Positions 41,315 to 51,417 are shown, numbered from the stretch's first letter. The stretch: 64,000 nucleotides of DNA from Fidelibacterota bacterium (GCA_049975265.1 JBNGDF010000006.1:34360-98359); one strand, 5' to 3'. Program-made: numbers and translations. The notes: generated from the letters alone by a model not told the origin.

Positions 41315-42562
41315 TCAGGATGAACGTTCGCTCTTTTCCAAATGTTTCCGCCGTCGCTCTTCCCGACGGACAGTATTGATTTCCCAATGGTCAGCCTCCA
41401 TCGGATAAAATGTAAAAAAGTCCTTCTTCCACTGAGAAAAACGTCCCTCCCGAATAGCCTGGCGCGCCTGAGTGGTCAATTCCAGAAAAAAGTGAATGTT
41501 GTGCAGCGCATTCAGTCGTAGACCGGTCATTTCACCGCTCATGAACAGATGCCGCAGGTACGCCCTGGAAAAATTTCGGCAGGTATAGCAGTCACAATTT
41601 TCATCAGGCGGTGTCATATCCAGGCGGTACTGCGCCTGTTTTAACACGATCCGTCCCCGCCGGGTGTAGAGTGTCCCGTTGCGGGCATTCCGGGTCGGTA
41701 AAACACAATCGAACATATCCATTCCGCGCTCAATCGCCAAAATGATATCCTCCGGCTTGCCGACTCCCATCAGGTAATGCGGACGATTCGCCGGCAGCAG
41801 GGGACTTACAAAGGAGAGCATATCGAACATCTGCGTCTTCGGTTCACCCACCGCCAGCCCGCCGATGGCGTATCCGTCAAAATCGAGTTTCGACAACATC
41901 TCCGCACTCTGCGCCCGCAAATCCTGATAAACACTACCCTGCAGAATTCCAAACAAAAATTGCCCATGACCATAGCGCGGTTTCAACTTTTCAAAATGGG
42001 TTTTCGAACGTTCCGCCCAGATGTGGGTTCTGCGCAGGGATTTTTCCGCGGCGGCATAACTGCAGGGATACGGCGTACACTCGTCAAACGCCATCAGAAT
42101 GTCGGACCCCAGTTGATTCTGGATTTCCATGGAGATTTCCGGCGAGAGAACATGTTCCGAGCCGTCAATATGAGACCGGAAGGTAATATCATCGTCGCTG
42201 ATTTTCCCAAGATGCGAAAGGCTGTAGACCTGGAATCCGCCGCTGTCAGTCAGAAGCGGCTTGGACCAGCCATTAAACCGATGCAAGCCTCCGGCTTTCG
42301 CGATCACCTCCAGCCCGGGACGCAGATAGAGATGATAGGTATTGCCCAAGATAATCTGTGCTCCGCAATCGTCGAGTTCTGCCGGTGTCAGGGTCTTGAC
42401 GACACCATGCGTTCCCACCGGCATAAAGATCGGGGTCTCCACGCTGCCATGCCCTGTTTCAAAACGGCAAGCCCGTGCCAGTGTATTTTTATCCTGCGCC
42501 AGTATCTGAAATTTCAACCGCCCGACCGGACTGCCTACGTTCTGGATTTTATCTTTACACAT
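41315..42562 (-). CDS. tgt: tRNA-guanine transglycosylase
   Basis: FMPVGT, NTYHL, DSGGFQ, DCVLPTRNAR, CDCYTC. Confidence 0.97.
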   Translation of the reverse strand: MCKDKIQNVGSPVGRLKFQILAQDKNTLARACRFETGHGSVETPIFMPVGTHGVVKTLTPAELDDCGAQIILGNTYHLYLRPGLEVIAKAGGLHRFNGWSKPLLTDSGGFQVYSLSHLGKISDDDITFRSHIDGSEHVLSPEISMEIQNQLGSDILMAFDECTPYPCSYAAAEKSLRRTHIWAERSKTHFEKLKPRYGHGQFLFGILQGSVYQDLRAQSAEMLSKLDFDGYAIGGLAVGEPKTQMFDMLSFVSPLLPANRPHYLMGVGKPEDIILAIERGMDMFDCVLPTRNARNGTLYTRRGRIVLKQAQYRLDMTPPDENCDCYTCRNFSRAYLRHLFMSGEMTGLRLNALHNIHFFLELTTQARQAIREGRFSQWKKDFFTFYPMEADHWEINTVRREERRRKHLEKSERSS

Positions 42563-43914
42563 TAAAATATTTCATTAAACAGCTGATTAATGGAATCGAC
42601 TCCGACGACATCATCGGATTTGAACTGCTCCAGTTGACCTGCATTGGCTCTGGGAATATACACCGGTTTAAATCCGAATTTGAGTGCCTCCCGGACCCGC
42701 TGCTCAATCAGTGGAACGGAGCGGATTTCACCTACCAGCCCGACCTCGCCGATAAATACGGCGGACGGATTGACCGGCACATCCTTAAAACTCGACGCCA
42801 GCGCCACCACCACGGCGAGGTTGATCGCCGTCTCGTCGATCCTTAACCCCCCCACGAGATTCACGAAAATATCCTGCAATCGCAATGGAAACCCGGCGCG
42901 TTTCTCCAGCACCGCCACCAGCATCGCCAGGCGGCGATGATCGATGCCGTTCGCCGTCCGCTGGGGATTCCCGTAGGACGACTGCGTTGCCAGCGCCTGT
43001 ACCTCTATCAGAAAGGGGCGCGTTCCCTCCATACTGACCGCCACAGTGGACCCGGCGACATGTTTTTTGCGTTCCGCCAGAAAAAATTCCGACGGATTAT
43101 CCACCGGTACCAAGCCGATATCTTTCATCGTAAAAAGACCGACTTCGTGGGTGGAGCCGAAGCGGTTTTTCATGGCACGCAGCGTACGGTAGAAATTCGT
43201 CTTGCCACCCTCGAGATAGAGCACCGTGTCCACGAGATGCTCAAGAACTTTGGGACCGGCGATCATACCATCCTTGGTAATATGCCCGATCAGGACAACA
43301 CAGAAATTACCCTCTTTGGCTTTGCGCAAAAGGCTGCCGGCGCACTCCCGAACCTGGGTCACACTCCCAGGAACATTGTCATACATATCGCTATAGACCG
43401 TCTGCACAGAATCGATAACCACCAACGATGGCTGTTGACTCTCGATGTGGTTAAGAATAGTTTCCAGGTTGTTTTCACAGGCGACCAGAATGCGCTCATC
43501 CGTGACGTTCATCCGGGTGGCGCGCAGAGCCACCTGCTCCTCCGATTCTTCGCCGGAAAAATAGAGAAAGCGTTCGCCCTGCAGACGATTCACAATCTGT
43601 AGAACCAGTGTCGATTTCCCAATACCCGGCTCGCCCGCCAGCAAAATAACCATACCGTCCACAAAGCCGCCGCCCAGCACCCGATCAAACTCCTCGATCC
43701 CCGTGGCACGGCGCTGGAGATTGGTGGTCACCGGTCTGCTCAGACTCTGCAATTTGCGTTTTTCGGTTACCGGGCGCCGCGAAGATTTCTTCAATACCCG
43801 CTCTTCCACCATAGAATTCCAGGCGCCGCATTCCGGACAGAGTCCGCTCCACTTCGGCTGCTGATGCCCACACTCGTTGCAGATATACAGTATTTTGGTT
43901 TTATTGTTCATCAT
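42562..43914 (-). CDS. radA: DNA repair protein RadA/Sms
   Basis: C4 zinc finger, GEPGIGKST, KNRFG, GEVGLVGE. Confidence 0.97.
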   Translation of the reverse strand: MMNNKTKILYICNECGHQQPKWSGLCPECGAWNSMVEERVLKKSSRRPVTEKRKLQSLSRPVTTNLQRRATGIEEFDRVLGGGFVDGMVILLAGEPGIGKSTLVLQIVNRLQGERFLYFSGEESEEQVALRATRMNVTDERILVACENNLETILNHIESQQPSLVVIDSVQTVYSDMYDNVPGSVTQVRECAGSLLRKAKEGNFCVVLIGHITKDGMIAGPKVLEHLVDTVLYLEGGKTNFYRTLRAMKNRFGSTHEVGLFTMKDIGLVPVDNPSEFFLAERKKHVAGSTVAVSMEGTRPFLIEVQALATQSSYGNPQRTANGIDHRRLAMLVAVLEKRAGFPLRLQDIFVNLVGGLRIDETAINLAVVVALASSFKDVPVNPSAVFIGEVGLVGEIRSVPLIEQRVREALKFGFKPVYIPRANAGQLEQFKSDDVVGVDSINQLFNEIF

Positions 43915-44819
43915 CCGGATTGTCGCTTCGCTTGGAGTCGGCTGATAAACCGGTAATATTTTCTGAGATCATACATAAACAAACCGCTGAAAATGAACAG
44001 GATACCGAAAATCTCCTTCAAAGTAATGGTTTCATGTAAAAAAATCAAACCAACCACCGATGCCACCACCGGTGTCAGAAAGGTGACAAAGGAGACCTTG
44101 ACCACTTCAAACTGCTTTAACAGTGAAAAATAGAGAAAAAAAGCCGCCGCTGAACCAAATATACCGAGATAGGCGGCAGCTCCGATATTGCGCAGTGACC
44201 AGGTCATTACGGAAAACTGATTGGTAATCAATGCGCCCGCCAGATGGATAATGCCCCCCACCGCCAGCGAGGTCGCCGTCAGAATTAGCGGATCCAGCGA
44301 CCCTTTGAAATTTTTAATATACACATTGGGATAGGCTGCAAAAACGACTCCCAGCAGAACCACCAGGCAGCCGGTCAGGACTTCGGTGCTGAAAACCAGC
44401 CGCTGGTCCGATAAAATCAGCGTAACACCCACCATAGCGACAACGATTGACAGCAGGCGGCGGAGATTCATGCGCTCATTGGCTACATATAGATGGGCAA
44501 AAATTCCATTGAAAAGCGGCATGGTCGCCCACAAAATGGACGACAGACTGCTGGGAATAAAACTCATCGACCAGTAGGTACACAGATAGCTCAGCCCCAT
44601 ACTGAAAATCCCCACCACCAGATACAGACGGATCGATGCGGCATCTTTGGGAATGTTCCGGTTCGTCATTTTTATAATCGGTAGCAACAGCGCCAGGGCG
44701 ATGAAATAGCGCAGTGCCAAGCCCAGCATCGGCGGTGTCGATTCGGAACCGATTTTAATCGCGGCAAAGGTCGTTCCCCAAATCAGACAGAGCATTAAAA
44801 ACTGAATATATTTCTTCAC
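43911..44819 (-). CDS. EamA/DMT family transporter
   Basis: CLIWGTTFAAIK, about ten TM helices in two repeats; GTG start with GGAG RBS. Confidence 0.9.
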   Translation of the reverse strand: MKKYIQFLMLCLIWGTTFAAIKIGSESTPPMLGLALRYFIALALLLPIIKMTNRNIPKDAASIRLYLVVGIFSMGLSYLCTYWSMSFIPSSLSSILWATMPLFNGIFAHLYVANERMNLRRLLSIVVAMVGVTLILSDQRLVFSTEVLTGCLVVLLGVVFAAYPNVYIKNFKGSLDPLILTATSLAVGGIIHLAGALITNQFSVMTWSLRNIGAAAYLGIFGSAAAFFLYFSLLKQFEVVKVSFVTFLTPVVASVVGLIFLHETITLKEIFGILFIFSGLFMYDLRKYYRFISRLQAKRQSG

Positions 44820-44931
44820 GAATTCTCCAACTGCTTCCGGTACGGAATCACATGGCAAAACGGCTTGTTAAATTAATGATTCAGAGGAAATTCTGGTAAT
44901 AAAATCCGCTACAATATTCCTGGAAACGGAT

Positions 44932-47900
44932 TTAAAAGTCCAGCCCCAGCGAAAAATACCATTGCGGTGCATGGACTTTTACCATATCATAACGCCAGGC
45001 GCAATCAATTTTCAACAGAAAATAGCCGAGATAGATGCGGGTACCGACGCCAAATCCCGAGACCAGATCGTCCATCACCGTCCCGGTAAAGGGTCGTTTG
45101 GTGAAAGGGTGAAAATCATCTCCGTACCAGGCACCGCCGACATCGAAGAAGGTGATCCCCTGCAAACCGCCGATGGTCATGGGAAGCGGCCAGCCCAGCG
45201 CCAGATATTTTATGAAGGGATAACGGAATTCGAAATTGGCGAGGAAAAAACGGGTCCCGGACCGTTCATAGTAGCGGGCGCCCCGGAGTGGCGTCACGAA
45301 TTCGGAAAAATAGATATCTTCCAGCAGATCTTCGTTTTCATCGTCCAAAACGTAATTCCGCCATTTTTGATTGATCCAGTTGCTCTCTCCACCCAGGAAA
45401 AAACGCTGGGCGTTGGGTCCTTCGCTCAGCCCGGCTGTCAGGCGCAAAGCAAAAGAGTATTCCCGGTTGATTTTAAAATAGCGGCGAATATCCGCCTGAA
45501 TTGTCTGAAATTCGAGGCTGTTATCGGTGTATTTCGGACTGGCAGTGGCATCTATGCGCCAGCGCCAGCCATCAATCGGATAAAAATAACTCCACAGGGT
45601 ATTATCAAAAACGAAGGCGGCACGGGGTAAAATCGTCTGGATTTTCTGCTCATCTTCGGTGATTCCATAATAAATATTTACAAACTTCTGTTCCACATTG
45701 TAGGAAGTCGCCCCCAGTTCGATTCTGGAAAACCGGGAAAATGGTCGGGACGTTGAAATATCAAAGCCGTAGTTCCTCAGGCGGTACAGATAGTAGAGGC
45801 TGTAATACCAGAAATTGGCGGTATGAAATCCGGTCAGGGCATAATTGGTGCGATTCCCCAGATATTGATAGGATAAATAATAATCGCTGTTCTCCAGATC
45901 GATATACATCTCCGTTCCAAAGATGAGCTGGTGGTCTCCCAGGACATCGCTGAACGCAAAAACAGTAGTCCCCTGAAATCCCCAAAAAGTACTGTACCCT
46001 GCCTGGCTGTCAATCAGATCGAGACTGAACTTGGTCTTATAGGGATTGACAATAAACTCGCCGTCTTCATCACGATAGCTGAAAGAATCCGCCGGTGCCA
46101 GCAAAGTATCCGGTTCCTGATCCATATCTGTCCAGTAACCGGGCGCAAAGATATAATTCGAATAATTTTGCCCCTTCTCGACCCGGTGAGTATAGGATTG
46201 CCGGACATCTTCCGGAGCGGGAAAATTAAAGCGCCTGTTTTCTTCGGGATTTTTCCAGATCTCCTTCAGGTTTTCGGCAAAAACCGTTGAGCGGATCTCC
46301 CGGGGTTCATCATACAGGGAAAGCGGATTGTTGATGGTATAGACATCCCAGCCGTAATTGGCGTAGCCGGCAAAAACCAGCCGGGTATCATCTCTGGAGA
46401 GACCGGGTTGAAAAACCCCGGTCAGGACATTCGTAACGGCTCTCTGTTCACCCGATTCCATATCCATAATATACAGATTAGAGATTCCCTCGGCGTCGGA
46501 GGTATAGAATATTTTATTTGAGGTATTCGCCCAGACAGGATAATTTTCATTCCAGGGGGAGTCGGTAATCTGTTTAATATCGCCGGTATTCAGATCGCAG
46601 ACAAAGAGATCGGTCTGATTATAGGGAGACACCGCCCAGTTGGAGATATCCTCTTTCGGCAGGCGGCTGCTTTCAATATTCCGCTGCGAGGCAAAGATGA
46701 TTTTCGTTCCGTCCGGAGACCAGTTCGGCTCGAAGTCCGACGCCCAGTCGTTGGTGATCCGGGACAATTTATCACTCTTTAAATTGTAAATATACAGATC
46801 GGTGCGATCGCTGTTCAGCCCGATAAATGCAATCCGGTCGCCCTCGGGTGACCAGGCAGCCGTATACAGTTCGTCGAGTTCATCAAAAGTATATTTCTTC
46901 CGTTCTTTGGTTTCAACATCGATCACCACCAAGGCATCGCGGGCGCCGCTTTTCACCGCCAGGACGATCTGTTGACCGTCAGGTGACCAGCTCAGGCGCG
47001 GATTGAGCCATTTCAACTCTTCCAGGTCGGGTGTCCGTTGTCCCTTTACCAGGCGACTCTCGATTTTACCGTCAATGGCATCCATCAGAAAGATATCGGC
47101 ATAGCCCTTGCGGTCGGACATAAAGGCGATTTTTGTACCACCCGGATTGACAGCCGGTCCGGTGTTGAAATAGTTGCGGAGCTCTTTATGATCCGTTAGC
47201 TGAATCGCAATATCATCCAGATCGTCCCGTTCGGCAATGTCCGGCCAGTACTCTTTGCGCACCCATTTATGCCAGGCTTCCGTCAACTCCTTCATATCGA
47301 GCCCGATGGATTCCTTGATCCCCTTTTCGGCACTGGAGTGACTTTTCATATTGGACCAAATCTCCCCAATTTTTTGTTCCCCGTACCGTTCGGCAATAAA
47401 TCGATATACCGACTGACCGCCTTTGTATGCCAGATAATTATCCAGCTCCTTCACGCTGGGAATGTCACTATTCGTGGCGATGTCCCGCATAATCATATCG
47501 GCATTGCTATCCCAGCCCATGGAGATGTACTCCGCCAGTCCTTCGTTCATCCAGAGCGGAATTTGGAGACGGACCCGCCCCGACACGACACTTTGAATAT
47601 TGCCTCCGTAGATCATATCGTTCACCACCACGTGCACGAGTTCATGGCGGATCAGATGCCAGAGGCTGTTGATACTTCCGTCAAAGGCTACAACCATGCG
47701 GTTTTTCAGCAATTCGGTAAACCCCTGAATTCCTTCGTAAAGGTAGCTGAGAGTAACATTGGTCTGCTGAAAATCGCTGTGGGAATTATACACGATTACG
47801 GAAACCCGCTTGCGCAGTCGCCAGTTCAGTACCCGGGATATTTCATTAACCGCCTGCTCGACGACGGGCGCGGTAAAATGCGCCAGATTCTCGCCATTAT

Positions 47901-48072
47901 CGTGAAAATAAATATCGAAATGCTCAGTCTGGATATAAGACCAGTTAAAATCATCGTACTGAACTTTATTTTTCCCAAATTGTGCCGAAGCCGGTATGCT
48001 GCAGAGCAGTCCGACAAGCCAAAGGCTCAAAACAGATATTCGACCTCTTTTTCCTTTTAAAAACAATTTCAT
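44932..48072 (-). CDS. Omp85/BamA-TamA-type outer-membrane protein with N-terminal zinc-peptidase-like and PD40 beta-propeller domains
   Basis: Signal peptide ASA|QFGKNKVQY; HELVH...WMNEGLAEY; repeated WSPDG/WSPEG; C-terminal FFLGG, PLRG, EFRYPF, FFDVG, WYFSLGLDF. The start could be up to 48114. Confidence 0.85.
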   Translation of the reverse strand: MKLFLKGKRGRISVLSLWLVGLLCSIPASAQFGKNKVQYDDFNWSYIQTEHFDIYFHDNGENLAHFTAPVVEQAVNEISRVLNWRLRKRVSVIVYNSHSDFQQTNVTLSYLYEGIQGFTELLKNRMVVAFDGSINSLWHLIRHELVHVVVNDMIYGGNIQSVVSGRVRLQIPLWMNEGLAEYISMGWDSNADMIMRDIATNSDIPSVKELDNYLAYKGGQSVYRFIAERYGEQKIGEIWSNMKSHSSAEKGIKESIGLDMKELTEAWHKWVRKEYWPDIAERDDLDDIAIQLTDHKELRNYFNTGPAVNPGGTKIAFMSDRKGYADIFLMDAIDGKIESRLVKGQRTPDLEELKWLNPRLSWSPDGQQIVLAVKSGARDALVVIDVETKERKKYTFDELDELYTAAWSPEGDRIAFIGLNSDRTDLYIYNLKSDKLSRITNDWASDFEPNWSPDGTKIIFASQRNIESSRLPKEDISNWAVSPYNQTDLFVCDLNTGDIKQITDSPWNENYPVWANTSNKIFYTSDAEGISNLYIMDMESGEQRAVTNVLTGVFQPGLSRDDTRLVFAGYANYGWDVYTINNPLSLYDEPREIRSTVFAENLKEIWKNPEENRRFNFPAPEDVRQSYTHRVEKGQNYSNYIFAPGYWTDMDQEPDTLLAPADSFSYRDEDGEFIVNPYKTKFSLDLIDSQAGYSTFWGFQGTTVFAFSDVLGDHQLIFGTEMYIDLENSDYYLSYQYLGNRTNYALTGFHTANFWYYSLYYLYRLRNYGFDISTSRPFSRFSRIELGATSYNVEQKFVNIYYGITEDEQKIQTILPRAAFVFDNTLWSYFYPIDGWRWRIDATASPKYTDNSLEFQTIQADIRRYFKINREYSFALRLTAGLSEGPNAQRFFLGGESNWINQKWRNYVLDDENEDLLEDIYFSEFVTPLRGARYYERSGTRFFLANFEFRYPFIKYLALGWPLPMTIGGLQGITFFDVGGAWYGDDFHPFTKRPFTGTVMDDLVSGFGVGTRIYLGYFLLKIDCAWRYDMVKVHAPQWYFSLGLDF

Positions 48073-48139
48073 TTTCAGTGATGAGACGCTGTCTTTCATA
48101 ACTTTAGATGTCAAACCGCCTTATTTAGCTACACCAGCT

Positions 48140-50092
48140 CTACTTCAAATATACGATTTTTTTTGACAAATTGATCCAGCTGTTTTCCATCCGGATAAAA
48201 TAGAGCCCGGTAGCCAATCGCTCCGGCTGCCAGCTCAGGCGGTGGTACCCCGCCGGAATAATTCCCTCCGCAATCATTGCCACGCAACGACCCCTCAGAT
48301 CAAATACAGCTATCTTCGTTTCGGCGCTGCGGGGCAAATACGCATCAAAACGCAGCCCCGTGTTGAAGGGATTTGGATACGGATCGGTCAGGAGAAACTC
48401 CCGGGGTAAAAACCCCACATCGGGATCGATATCCCAGTATTGAATTGACTTCAGCACCCAGTTGTCCGGATCAACCGTAATGCTCTCCGGCATATCCGCA
48501 AACTGGTATTGAAACAGCTGTACCGCCGTCGAATCCCAGACGGTCAGCAGGGTATCGCCGTCAGCAAATTGGACAGATATCTCGAGCGGCATCCTGAAAA
48601 AATCGATCTGCGACTGGAGCTGATCGATCCGGACTGACAGGCGCCAGTGGTTTGAAGTGGTTTTTCGGCGTTCCCAGAGGACCTTATAATGGGGCTGCCC
48701 GGCGCGAAATATCCATTGATCAAAAAACCAACCCAAGTCTCTGCCGGTAACCTTTTCGCAAACCCGCTGAAAATCCTCCGTCGTCGCAACACTCATATAA
48801 TATTCTTCCCGGTAGGCTTTAAAAATATCAAAAAACAGCGCATCACCGACCACCTTTCTGAGCATATGCAGAACCCAGGCTCCTTTATCATAGACCAGCA
48901 GATTAAAAATTGAATAGACATCATCGGTATTGAGAATATAAACCGGTCCCGCCTGCCAGTAGGATGGTCGGTTTAGCTTATTCATGTAATCATGATAAGC
49001 TTCCCTCCCGTTTTTATATTCCTGCCAAAGGGCTTCAGAGTAGCGCGCAAAGCCCTCATTCAGCCAAATTTCACTCCAATCGGCGCAGGTAACCATATTA
49101 CCCCACCATTGATGCGCCAGTTCATGGCAGACCATCATTTCGCTATAGGCGCCGAGGCTGGTGCAGGTCTGGTGCTCCATCCCGCCGCCCCAGGAAAACT
49201 GGGCATGTCCGTATTTCTCCCGAATAAAGGGATATTCACCCCAGATGCCAGCAAAAAAGGTGATCATCTCCGGCGTTAAAAGCAGGACATTGGTCTTGTG
49301 TCCATCTTCGGGGTAGTACCAGTGATGAACCGGCATGGAGCCACCATCCAAGGTTATATAGACCTGATCGATGCGCTTGTAATTTGTCACCGCCAGCGAG
49401 ATCAAATAACTGGCGATCGGGTAGCGCTCCTGCCAGAAAAAAGTCTGCGTACCATCAGAATTATTTGTAATATCCACCAAGACACCGTTGGAGACTGCCG
49501 TCAGACTGTCAGGGACGGTCAGGCGAATATCCGCAGAATCCGCCTTGTCGCCGGGAATGTCTTTGCAGGGAAACCAGCCCCGGGCAAAATAGGGCTGACT
49601 CAGGGTCGAGACAACGGGAATGCTGTTATGATAGGCAAAGGTAAAACCTTTCAGACCGCCGGCAACCGGACTGCCGCCGTAGGCGATCCCAAAGTCGAAA
49701 ACACCGCCGCTGTCAACGGCGGTTTTCAACTGTACTCTCAATTTATTATCACCGTGATGAAAACCCGCTGCGTCACCCCAGACGCTGTCAACGCGTAAGG
49801 GGGATAGCAGGTCAAGGACCACTTCCGTCAAATCGTCCCTTGAGGCTTTGCCCCTGACGGTCACCCGCCCGGAAATGGTTTCCCCGGGAATATCGATATT
49901 CAGATCGATCCCGTAAAAGCCCACATCATAAGAATCCTGTTCAGGATCGGGAACCGTCTTCTCCAGCTCTCTCTGAAGGCGCAGGGTTCTCTGTTTCATC
50001 TGAATTTCGCGGTTGACCCAGTCAGGGTCCGCCTGACCATACAGAGACAGCCACACAATCAGAGCAACGATGACGGAAAAAGGTTTTTTCAT
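48140..50092 (-). CDS. M1 family aminopeptidase with C-terminal secretion-tail-like domain
   Basis: GGMEH, HELAHQWWGN, WLNEGFA, YDKGAWVLHML; C-terminal YPNPFN...GLYFIR...KIVYLK. Confidence 0.9.
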   Translation of the reverse strand: MKKPFSVIVALIVWLSLYGQADPDWVNREIQMKQRTLRLQRELEKTVPDPEQDSYDVGFYGIDLNIDIPGETISGRVTVRGKASRDDLTEVVLDLLSPLRVDSVWGDAAGFHHGDNKLRVQLKTAVDSGGVFDFGIAYGGSPVAGGLKGFTFAYHNSIPVVSTLSQPYFARGWFPCKDIPGDKADSADIRLTVPDSLTAVSNGVLVDITNNSDGTQTFFWQERYPIASYLISLAVTNYKRIDQVYITLDGGSMPVHHWYYPEDGHKTNVLLLTPEMITFFAGIWGEYPFIREKYGHAQFSWGGGMEHQTCTSLGAYSEMMVCHELAHQWWGNMVTCADWSEIWLNEGFARYSEALWQEYKNGREAYHDYMNKLNRPSYWQAGPVYILNTDDVYSIFNLLVYDKGAWVLHMLRKVVGDALFFDIFKAYREEYYMSVATTEDFQRVCEKVTGRDLGWFFDQWIFRAGQPHYKVLWERRKTTSNHWRLSVRIDQLQSQIDFFRMPLEISVQFADGDTLLTVWDSTAVQLFQYQFADMPESITVDPDNWVLKSIQYWDIDPDVGFLPREFLLTDPYPNPFNTGLRFDAYLPRSAETKIAVFDLRGRCVAMIAEGIIPAGYHRLSWQPERLATGLYFIRMENSWINLSKKIVYLK

Positions 50093-50200
50093 CGGGAGTA
50101 AAATCTATGCTTCTTTCCAGAATAATCCAAAAAACAACCTACTTTCAAACGGTAAAAATCCGTAGATTTAGGGCAGGTCAAATATCCGGGAGTATAACAC

Positions 50201-51046
50201 ATGGCACATATAATTGTTCCGCAGGCAGAGGCAATCTTGGATAAGGAGTTCAAGGTTTTAGATAAAGGATTCGTCCGGCTGGTGGATTATCTCGGCGGTG
50301 ACGAGCGCATCGTGCAAGCGGCTCGGGTTTCTTATGGTTCGGGAACAAAAACCGTGCGGCAGGACAAAGCTCTGATTGAATATCTGATCAGTCACGAACA
50401 TACCTCGCCCTTTGAGCAGGTTGTACTGACCTTCCACTGCAAAATGCCAATTTTTGTTGCTCGCCAATGGATTCGCCATCGCACCGCCCGACTGAACGAA
50501 ATCTCCGGTCGCTACAGCGTCATGGAAGATGAATTTTATGTTCCTGAAAAAGAGCAGATTCAATTCCAGAGCAAAGCCAATCGCCAGGGACGGGAAGCGG
50601 AAGAGGTTCCCGATGAGTTGAAAGCCAGAGTCCTCGATATCCTGGTAAGCGGTCAGAATCTCGCATATGAGGATTATCGGAAAATGATCGATAGTGACAT
50701 TGCCCGGGAGCTGGCGCGAATCAACCTGCCGCTGTCGCTCTACACCCAGTGGTACTGGCAGATCGATCTCAGCAACCTCTTCCACTTTCTGAAACTTCGG
50801 ATGGATTATCACGCCCAATGGGAAATCCGGCAATACGCCAACACAATGGCAACCATAACCCGGGCTGTCGCTCCGCTCGCTTATGAAGCCTTTGAAAAAC
50901 ATGTTCTGAACGCAGTTACATTTTCAGGCGTTGAGCTGGAGGCACTTAATCGCAAAATACAGGGCAGGGACCATCACCTCACCGGTATTCACAAAACCGA
51001 ATTCGAAGCCAAACTGGCAAAAATCCGGCGGCTGACCTCCAAATAA
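50201..51046 (+). CDS. thyX: FAD-dependent thymidylate synthase
   Basis: HTSPFE, ARQWIRHR, NEISGRY, ELARINLP, HAQWEIR. Confidence 0.96.
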   Translation: MAHIIVPQAEAILDKEFKVLDKGFVRLVDYLGGDERIVQAARVSYGSGTKTVRQDKALIEYLISHEHTSPFEQVVLTFHCKMPIFVARQWIRHRTARLNEISGRYSVMEDEFYVPEKEQIQFQSKANRQGREAEEVPDELKARVLDILVSGQNLAYEDYRKMIDSDIARELARINLPLSLYTQWYWQIDLSNLFHFLKLRMDYHAQWEIRQYANTMATITRAVAPLAYEAFEKHVLNAVTFSGVELEALNRKIQGRDHHLTGIHKTEFEAKLAKIRRLTSK

Positions 51047-51067
51047 TCCGTAATCCTTTTATGAATG

Positions 51068-51098
51068 AAAACCCCTCTCGCCAACGCTGAGAGGGGTT
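51068..51098 (-). terminator. Intrinsic terminator between the convergent thyX and small-peptide genes (possibly bidirectional)
   Basis: 10-bp perfect stem AACCCCTCTC/GAGAGGGGTT with 9-nt loop; short T tract on the minus strand. Confidence 0.7.
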
Positions 51099-51128
51099 CG
51101 CTCTAATTGAACTCGCCGGCACCCGGCT

Positions 51129-51323
51129 CTACCAACCGTGCGGCGGGGGCGGAGGTGGTGGATGTTGATGACCGTGACCATGAGCAGTCCACGGTTGAGG
51201 CTCCTGCGCCATCAATTTGAAACTCTGAATCGTGGGTACGGTAAACACCGTGGTCATTGTCAACTTTTTCAGAAAATTCCGGCGGGTGATGTTGCTATCC
51301 TGTTGATCTCTCTTCTCTTCCAT
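51129..51323 (-). CDS. 64-aa protein with a twin-arginine-type leader and a His/Pro-rich C-terminal peptide
   Basis: MEEKRDQQDSNITRRNFLKK...LMA|QEPQPWTAHGHGHQHPPPPPPPHGW; AGGA RBS, promoter and terminator all present. Confidence 0.75.
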   Translation of the reverse strand: MEEKRDQQDSNITRRNFLKKLTMTTVFTVPTIQSFKLMAQEPQPWTAHGHGHQHPPPPPPPHGW

Positions 51324-51348
51324 GGCTTCAATCCTGTTTAACAATTTG

Positions 51349-51377
51349 AATATACACTATTTTTGACTCCGAATCAA
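51349..51377 (-). promoter_or_regulatory. Putative sigma70 promoter of the small peptide gene
   Basis: TTGATT-N17-TATATT on the minus strand. Confidence 0.6.
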
Positions 51378-51417
51378 CCCCCGAATCCATCTGAAAATTT
51401 CCTGCCTTGAGTTTATT

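Noticed and set aside
51138..51341. 67-aa plus-strand ORF opposite the small peptide
   Set aside because: Promoter, RBS, terminator and Tat motif all support the minus-strand ORF.
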